Shown here: positions 57,722 through 64,000 of the stretch, one piece after another
Numbering within the stretch: position 1 is the first letter of the stretch
Layout of the letters: each line of letters opens with the position of its first letter
Assembly: GCA_965197905.1 (NCBI GenBank)
Contig: CBDAOB010000005.1
Span: 2,112,001 to 2,176,000, forward strand
Source: Candidatus Latescibacterota bacterium
Lineage (GTDB): Bacteria > Latescibacterota > UBA2968 > UBA8231
DNA: 64,000 nt
Reading direction: 5' to 3'
The notes under the pieces: generated by a model
Database searches by the model: none
What the model saw: only the letters and a program-made list of their open reading frames with translations
Told to the model about the DNA's origin: nothing
Position numbers and translations under genes: made by a program

Positions 57722-58666
57722 CTAAACTTTGACCTCCTCCGAAACCAACCTCAAAAAGATATCCTCAAGAGTCATTTCCAGTGATCGCAGCTCGCGCAGC
57801 CCGAATCCACCGTTTACCAGCTGCCTGGAGAGCTCATCCCGCACATCCTGACCGGGCGTGGTGCTGACGATATAGGCGGCATCCCCCACCTCGGGTACCT
57901 GCTCCACCGATACCTCAAGGACTCCTGACACGCCGGAGATAGTTGATTTCACCTGATCCTCGGGACCGGTCACCTGGGCACGTAAGACCTCCCCGTCCTT
58001 GAGCTGCGCCGTGAGGCTTTCGGGCGTTCCCTCACCCGCTATCCGACCATTGTTGATGATTACTACCCGTTCGCAGGTAAGATTCACCTCCGGAAGGATG
58101 TGCGTGCTAAGAATAACGGTGTGATCTCCGCCGAGACCCTTAATCACTTCGCGTATCTCGATGATCTGTTTTGGGTCGAGACCTACGGTGGGTTCGTCCA
58201 GTATGAGCACCGCCGGATCGTGAACCAATGCCTGGGCTAAACCCACCCTCTGCTTGTACCCCTTGGAGAGATGGCCGACGACGGTATTGTGCACGTGAGC
58301 CGTACCGGTCATTTCCATTGTTTCATCGACGCGTCCCGCAAGCTGTGCCGGCGGGATCCCCTTGATCTTGCCGACGAAGCGCAGGTAGGAGCGGACCGTC
58401 ATGTCGTTGTAAACCGGTGGATGTTCGGGCAGGTATCCGATCCGCTTGCGCACCTCCATCGACTGCTCCACGACATCGAACCCTCCCACCGAAGCGGTGC
58501 CAGATGATGGCGGCTGGAAACAGGTCAGGATACGCATCGTGGTCGTTTTCCCGGCGCCATTCGGCCCCAGGAATCCGAGAATCTGTCCTTCCTCGGCTCT
58601 AAATGTCACACCCTCGATCGCCGCGACATCCCCGTAGTTCTTGGTCAGGCCGTTTACCTCGATCAC
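57722..58666 (-). CDS. ABC transporter ATP-binding protein, GldA-like
   Basis: GPNGAGKTT, LSKGYKQRVGLAQA and ILDEPT motifs. Confidence 0.93.
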   Translation of the reverse strand: MIEVNGLTKNYGDVAAIEGVTFRAEEGQILGFLGPNGAGKTTTMRILTCFQPPSSGTASVGGFDVVEQSMEVRKRIGYLPEHPPVYNDMTVRSYLRFVGKIKGIPPAQLAGRVDETMEMTGTAHVHNTVVGHLSKGYKQRVGLAQALVHDPAVLILDEPTVGLDPKQIIEIREVIKGLGGDHTVILSTHILPEVNLTCERVVIINNGRIAGEGTPESLTAQLKDGEVLRAQVTGPEDQVKSTISGVSGVLEVSVEQVPEVGDAAYIVSTTPGQDVRDELSRQLVNGGFGLRELRSLEMTLEDIFLRLVSEEVKV

Positions 58667-58687
58667 GTTGTGCCCTCCTTTTGTAAC

Positions 58688-59566
58688 TCAGTATCTCCGC
58701 ATCATGCGGGTTTGAAAAAATTGAACCAGCGGTTCCACATAGGATTGCGATACGTCCACTTTCACCTCGTCGATGCGAAGCCGCCTGAACAGACTTGCGC
58801 GCGCATTTTCCAGCTTGAGCTGGCGATCGGCAAACTTCTGTCTTATCTGGGGGCTACCCGTGTCCACCAGCAGCTGCTCCCCACTTTCGGCGTCCTGCAA
58901 GCTGACAAATCCGATGTTGGGCAGCTGGCGCTCCCGCGGATCCACAAGGCTCACACATATCAAGTCGTGACGTCGCCGCACCAGCTTCAAAGCACGGGCG
59001 TAGTCCCGGTCGAGAAAATCGGAGATCAGGAAAAACACGCTGCGCCGGTTGATAAGCCGATTCAGGTACTCCAGCGCTCCTGCTATCGAAGTGCCGGTTC
59101 CGCGAGGTCGAAAGTACAACAGTTCGCGAATGACACGCAATACATGCTTTCGACCCTTCTTTGGCGGGATGAAAACCTCGATGTCTTCGGTAAAGATCAG
59201 CAGACCTACGCGATCGTTGTTCTTGATCGCGGCAAACGCGAGCAGAGCCGAAATCTCGACTCCAGCCTCCCCCTTCATTCGCTGCCCGGAACCGAAGGCG
59301 CCGGAGGCACTGGCATCTACAACCAGGACTACGGTAAGCTCCCTTTCTTCATCGAACACTTTTATGAACGGCCTGCCCACCCGAGCCGTTACGTTCCAAT
59401 CGATGCTCCGCACCTCGTCCCCCGCCTGATATTCCCTCACCTCGGCAAACTCCATGCCCTGCCCTTTAAAGACCGAGTGATACTCGCCGGCAAAGAGATT
59501 GTTGACCACGTTTCGGGTTTGCAGCTCGATTAGGTTGACCTGCCTGAGGATCTCCTTTGGTATCAC
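58688..59566 (-). CDS. DUF58 domain protein
   Basis: GMEFAEVREYQAGD, IDWNVTAR, EEREL and LISDF motifs. Confidence 0.92.
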   Translation of the reverse strand: MIPKEILRQVNLIELQTRNVVNNLFAGEYHSVFKGQGMEFAEVREYQAGDEVRSIDWNVTARVGRPFIKVFDEERELTVVLVVDASASGAFGSGQRMKGEAGVEISALLAFAAIKNNDRVGLLIFTEDIEVFIPPKKGRKHVLRVIRELLYFRPRGTGTSIAGALEYLNRLINRRSVFFLISDFLDRDYARALKLVRRRHDLICVSLVDPRERQLPNIGFVSLQDAESGEQLLVDTGSPQIRQKFADRQLKLENARASLFRRLRIDEVKVDVSQSYVEPLVQFFQTRMMRRY

Positions 59567-59568
59567 TG

Positions 59569-60567
59569 CTAGGGCACCTCGACGTGCTCGAACAGCTTTT
59601 GGACGATTTGCTCGGAGTCGATCTCCTCCGCCTCCGCCTCGTAGCTGACCACGATACGGTGACGCAAAACGTCAGGACCGACCGTCTTCACGTCTTCGGG
59701 CGTGACATAAGCCCGGCGGCTCATAAAAGCTTGGGCTCTTGCGGCGTGGGCTAGAAAAATGGTCGCCCGCGGCGACGAACCGTATTCGATCAGATCGACC
59801 AGATCTTCCAGGCCGACCTCGTCCGGCCTCCGACTCGCATGGACCAGATCCACGATATAATTCTTGACCTTGTCATCCAAATAGACGAGCCGCACCGCTT
59901 CTCGGACCTGCTCGATCTCTTCGAGGCCGATTACCGCCGCTTCGACGGTGGGAGGGTGACCGGTCATTCGATCGAGAATGTGCCGCTCTTCCTCGCGCGA
60001 CGGGTAGTCCACCTTGACCTTGAGCATGAAGCGATCGATCTGGGCTTCGGGGAGAGGGTAGGTCCCTTCCTGCTCGATCGGGTTCTGGGTAGCCATGACC
60101 AAAAACGGATCGTCCAACTGATAGGTCTCGTCGCCGATGGTTACCCGCCGCTCCTGCATACATTCGAGCAGCGCACTTTGGACCTTCGCGGGGGCGCGAT
60201 TGATTTCGTCGGCAAGAATGAAATTGGCGAAGATGGGTCCCTTTTTCGGCACGAATTCTCCGGACTGCTGGTTGTATATGAGCGTCCCCGTCAGGTCGGC
60301 CGGCAGCAGGTCCGGAGTGAATTGAAGGCGTTTGAAGCTGGCCCGGATGATGGTTGCCAGGGTGTGGACGGTGAGCGTCTTTGCCAGACCGGGAACACCC
60401 TCGAGAAGGATGTGTCCACCGCAAAAAAGCCCGATCAGCAACCGCTCTACCATATGACGCTGGCCCACGATCACGCGGTCCATTTCCGCCAGTATGCGAT
60501 CGACCACGAGGCTGTGGCGCTGGACCTGCTCGCTGATTACCTGAATGTCGATGTTCTGCTCAGACAT
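59569..60567 (-). CDS. moxR: MoxR family AAA+ ATPase
   Basis: GVPGLAKT, QFTPDLLPAD, DEINRAPAKVQSALLE and ATQNPIEQEGTYPLPEAQIDRF; likely ATG at 60567. Confidence 0.95.
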   Translation of the reverse strand: MSEQNIDIQVISEQVQRHSLVVDRILAEMDRVIVGQRHMVERLLIGLFCGGHILLEGVPGLAKTLTVHTLATIIRASFKRLQFTPDLLPADLTGTLIYNQQSGEFVPKKGPIFANFILADEINRAPAKVQSALLECMQERRVTIGDETYQLDDPFLVMATQNPIEQEGTYPLPEAQIDRFMLKVKVDYPSREEERHILDRMTGHPPTVEAAVIGLEEIEQVREAVRLVYLDDKVKNYIVDLVHASRRPDEVGLEDLVDLIEYGSSPRATIFLAHAARAQAFMSRRAYVTPEDVKTVGPDVLRHRIVVSYEAEAEEIDSEQIVQKLFEHVEVP

Positions 60568-60706
60568 CGCCCTCGTGCGAACTAAAACGCCGCTCCTCCC
60601 GGAATCGGCAGTGCGGCTTGTTCCCTTGTCGGATGGCACGTACTACCGGCCCCTCGCGGCCGAACGAGTCAACCTCTATATACGCCTTTGCGCAAAAATC
60701 GGTTCC

Positions 60707-61213
60707 TTATTTCTTCGCATCCTCGTCGTCACCAAAATTCACCCACTCTTCGGGATCTCGACCGAGGTTCGGCAACAGGTAGCGGGCGCTTTTCGCCAGC
60801 TCGGAGTGGGGGAAGTTGTCGATCACGCGTTGGTACGCCAACCGCGCTTCCTCGAAATCCTTCAGGTGTTCCTCGTGTATGTAAGCGACCATGAACTGGG
60901 CCTCGGCTGCGTACTCGCTCTCCGGGTAATCGGACAACAGGCGTTCGTAGTGCGCTATCGCGCTCCGGGCGTCGCCCGCTTGCTGCGCGAGAACCGCCAA
61001 CCACTTGCGCGCTTTGGGGCTGCTCTCATGACGAGGATACTGCTCGAGAAAGGCATCGAGATCTTCCACGGCTTGGGCGAGGCTTGAAGAATCCGCGGCC
61101 GCCGTTTGGGCTTCGGCAAACAGCTCCTCTGGCGATTTGGAACCGCAGCCCATTCCAATGAACATCGTTCCGAAAACAAAGATGACCCATATCCTGCCAT
61201 TCGCCGCGTTCAT
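60707..61213 (-). CDS. TPR lipoprotein (BamD/YfiO-like)
   Basis: Lipobox-like GMGC; YPxS/FPxS TPR pattern; likely ATG at 61213. Confidence 0.75.
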   Translation of the reverse strand: MNAANGRIWVIFVFGTMFIGMGCGSKSPEELFAEAQTAAADSSSLAQAVEDLDAFLEQYPRHESSPKARKWLAVLAQQAGDARSAIAHYERLLSDYPESEYAAEAQFMVAYIHEEHLKDFEEARLAYQRVIDNFPHSELAKSARYLLPNLGRDPEEWVNFGDDEDAKK

Positions 61214-61226
61214 TCGCGAATTCCAG

Positions 61227-61547
61227 CTACTTCGTTTCTTTTTTGGGGGAGGGAGATTTTGTATCGCTCTTTTTGGAGCTTTCGTCCTTCTTGGAGTCAT
61301 TTTTCGGCTTGTCGGACGAAGAACTCTCGCCGTCGGCTTTAGCTGCTTTTTGATACCCCTCACTGCGGTAATCGGTTGTGTAGAATCCCGAGCCTTTGAA
61401 CAACAGACCGCCGCCGGCGCTGATGAGTCTTCGCACGCGGCCGCGACAGCCCTTTTGCGGACATGACTTACGCGGCTCGGCGGTGATGCTTTGAAACTCC
61501 TCAAATTGATGCCCGCACTTGGGGCATTCGTATTCGTAGGTTGGCAT
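61227..61547 (-). CDS. FmdB-family zinc ribbon protein
   Basis: MPTYEYECPKCG...CP..GC...FKGSGFYTTDY. Confidence 0.9.
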   Translation of the reverse strand: MPTYEYECPKCGHQFEEFQSITAEPRKSCPQKGCRGRVRRLISAGGGLLFKGSGFYTTDYRSEGYQKAAKADGESSSSDKPKNDSKKDESSKKSDTKSPSPKKETK

Positions 61548-61645
61548 CCGATAAAACCGTTTAGAGGCTGCAAAATGCAGCGAAATACAAATTTCAAAAT
61601 GTAGTTGGGGACGCTACATAACGCAAGTATTTGTCCGCATTTCCG

Positions 61646-63670
61646 CTATTCGCCATCGTCGACCTCGCCCGCCTCTTCCCTGGTCAGTTCCTCCTGCGGG
61701 AGATCGGCCTGGGGAAGATCCTCCTGGACGACAGAAAGATCGGGCAGATCCTCCGCGACAACCTCGCGGATCCTGCTGCGCTGGTCGATCTTCAGGAGAA
61801 CCAGCTCATTGTTGGACCGCCTGCCCGGCGGGAAGGTGAGCAATCCAGAAGCTCCCTCGAAGCGTTCGACGGAGCCGAGCCAATCGCGCAGCTCGGACCG
61901 GGTGCGCATCCCCTCCTCCCAACCCCCTATCACCAGGCGAGCCGCATCGAATCCGTTGGCCGCAAAGATGGGATCGCTGCCGAACTGAACGCGGAAGGCG
62001 TCCACGAATCGGCGGCTGGTTGGGTCGGAGGGCGGACGACGGGCAACCATGAGAGCACCCTTGAATTCATCTCGTTGCCCCCGCGGTAGGCGACGGAGGG
62101 CATCCGGATTATTCCACAGGTCGTTGCCCATGATTTGAGTTTCCAGGCGGTGGAAATAGAGTTGTGGGACAATGGTTTCAGCGTCGCGAAAATCCTCAAC
62201 AACGATTATTGTGGCATCTATCTCCTCGATGAACATCTCCGAGGAGTCCGGTTCCGGCAACGAATCAGCGGGTGCCGGCGGTCGTAGGCTGAATCCCACC
62301 GTTCGGATCTCTTCGAATATCCCTTGGAAGTCGGTGGTTCCGGGATAATACCAGTTGACCGACGCGACGTTGCCCCCGTTTGCCGTCGCCACCTCGCGAA
62401 ACTCCTGCTCGAATGCGAGACCGTAATCGCTGAGGGGAGCGATCACCGCCAGGGTCTCGAGTCCGAATACCAGGGTCGCGTATTCAGCTAGAACTTGCCC
62501 CTGCACCTCAGGAACTACGTTCAGCTGAAAGATGTTGCTGCCCAGCGTGTCGAGTCCGCCCTGCTGTGCAAGAGGGGCAATCATCGGCACTCCTGCCGCT
62601 TCGGCGACGACTGCGGTGGCTACACTGGGCCCACTGAAAACCGGACCGATAATGGCGAGCACATCCTCCTGATCGATGAGATGACGTGCAGCGAGCACGG
62701 TGCGGAGAAGCTTGTTGCTCTCGCTCTCGGTAATGGGCAGGTCCCCGTATTCAAGTCCAGTATCGGCTACGACCAGATCGAACGGTTTTCCCGCTTCGTC
62801 GTTCGCCAGCTGAATTCCGTCCAATAGGTCTTCTCCAAGAGTCCGCTCGTGCCCCATTTCGAGGCGTGCCGTAATGGGCAGCAATATTCCCAGGCTGGGC
62901 AAGCCGGGCCTTTTGTCCTCACTGATCAGATTGACGCCTTTGGACCATTGACCTAGGTCGAGGGGCCCGGGCGCACCCACCTTCTTCGCTGGGTTTTCCT
63001 CCGGTTGCTGCTCTTCGAAGTTTGCGAAGATCCCATGGGGCTTGTCCCGCCGGTATCGGTCAAGAGCCGCCTCGCTCTGCTCGTCCCAGCCGAGCCTTCG
63101 ATACCATCGCACCTCGCCGAAAAGCAAAGCGTCATCGATGCGCTCCGCACCCACATCCTGGCGGATGCGCTCGAAAGCCTCTTTGCTGATGAGATTGTTG
63201 CCGACGATGGCTGCGAGATGCTGGGCGGCTCTAGCCTGCAGACTCAAGGGAGCCGGCATGGCAAGTATGCGGCCGTACTGCGTTGCCGCTTCGTAGTACC
63301 GCTTCATCACGTAATATGAATGGCCGGCTACCAGGAGGGCATCGAACAGATACCGACTGCCGGAGAATTTGCGTTGCAGACGTTTGGAAATATTGAGGGC
63401 TGTCTCGTATTCGCCCATCCTGAACATTGTTCTCGCCAACATCAGCTGGGCGGCACTTGACCTGTGGCTCAGAGGGAATTCGAGAACCTTTTCGAAGTTG
63501 CCGCGCGCGCGGGAATACTTCCCCGACTTGTAGGACTCGAGGCCCTTGGTGAAGAGCTCTTCAGCTTTCGCCGAAAACGCGGCCTCGGGTGTTAGAGAGT
63601 GCGCCAGACTTGCCGCAAACAGCAAAAGGCTTGCTGCGCTGATGAGGGAGTGATGGGTCCTGCGAAACAT
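61646..63670 (-). CDS. TPR + periplasmic-binding-fold protein (LpoA/LppC-like)
   Basis: Signal peptide from ATG 63670; TPRs; LGILLP, IIGPVFS, GFDAA and FEGASG. Confidence 0.75.
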   Translation of the reverse strand: MFRRTHHSLISAASLLLFAASLAHSLTPEAAFSAKAEELFTKGLESYKSGKYSRARGNFEKVLEFPLSHRSSAAQLMLARTMFRMGEYETALNISKRLQRKFSGSRYLFDALLVAGHSYYVMKRYYEAATQYGRILAMPAPLSLQARAAQHLAAIVGNNLISKEAFERIRQDVGAERIDDALLFGEVRWYRRLGWDEQSEAALDRYRRDKPHGIFANFEEQQPEENPAKKVGAPGPLDLGQWSKGVNLISEDKRPGLPSLGILLPITARLEMGHERTLGEDLLDGIQLANDEAGKPFDLVVADTGLEYGDLPITESESNKLLRTVLAARHLIDQEDVLAIIGPVFSGPSVATAVVAEAAGVPMIAPLAQQGGLDTLGSNIFQLNVVPEVQGQVLAEYATLVFGLETLAVIAPLSDYGLAFEQEFREVATANGGNVASVNWYYPGTTDFQGIFEEIRTVGFSLRPPAPADSLPEPDSSEMFIEEIDATIIVVEDFRDAETIVPQLYFHRLETQIMGNDLWNNPDALRRLPRGQRDEFKGALMVARRPPSDPTSRRFVDAFRVQFGSDPIFAANGFDAARLVIGGWEEGMRTRSELRDWLGSVERFEGASGLLTFPPGRRSNNELVLLKIDQRSRIREVVAEDLPDLSVVQEDLPQADLPQEELTREEAGEVDDGE

Positions 63671-63854
63671 CAGAGGGTGCTGCCGAGCGAAGGATTTGTC
63701 GGGAACTTGCTCAAGAGCATGGCGAAATGTAGACGCGCTAGTCGGGAGTGTCAAGCTGGTTGTCACCTTCTGCCCAGCCCAGTATATTCTCTCAACTTTG
63801 CCGCAGATACAGGAGCCAGAATTGCAAGCTCGAACGCGTACAGTCGCCGAGAAA

Positions 63855-64000
63855 ATGGGACTCGATCCGGAGAAACTGCGCCAGCTTCTGGCGCAGCAAC
63901 AGACTGCCGAATCCGGCTCCGCCGCCCAACCAGAAGCCGCAGGTCCTGGCGAGGGCGTGCCGGCCGAACCGGAACCGGAACCGTTCTATTTCGACCTCAA
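63855..64000 (+). CDS. Hypothetical protein, 5' fragment
   Basis: Open frame MGLDPEKLRQLLAQQ... to the window end. Confidence 0.5.
   Translation, partial: MGLDPEKLRQLLAQQQTAESGSAAQPEAAGPGEGVPAEPEPEPFYFDL

Noticed and set aside
60707..61597. 296-aa ORF overlapping fmdB
   Set aside because: The upstream extension overlaps the conserved FmdB gene; the lipoprotein signal supports a start at 61213

Overview
GC-rich bacterial DNA, probably from an FCB-group organism resembling Ca. Latescibacterota (inferred from the many secreted proteins ending in a YPNPFNP FlgD-Ig/T9SS-type C-terminal domain, the DUF6785 gene and the Bat operon). Family calls come from motif recognition by eye, not database searches. 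(1) 1-15.3 kb is a GntR-associated uptake/catabolism locus: a secreted CTD protein, a 994-aa probable outer-membrane protein, two GHL6/GH42-like paralogs and a DUF6785 transporter, bracketed by an inverted duplication of an M19 dipeptidase gene with palindromic operators. (2) 15.7-18.3 kb is a nucleosidase / spore-photoproduct-lyase-like radical SAM / SDR operon. (3) 18.3-38 kb encodes five giant secreted cohesin/dockerin/Ig/LRR proteins with no evident catalytic domain; it carries two 1-nt frameshifts, a 53-bp templated insertion and a head-to-head breakpoint. (4) 38-46 kb holds FGE-domain, frameshifted OmpA, RND efflux, cysQ and a stand-alone PurH N-domain genes. (5) 46-60.6 kb is a MoxR-DUF58-BatA-E operon with an embedded GldA/F/double-GldG/DUF4340 ABC cassette, followed by TPR, FmdB and LpoA-like genes. 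No rRNA, tRNA, CRISPR array, transposase or reverse transcriptase was seen.
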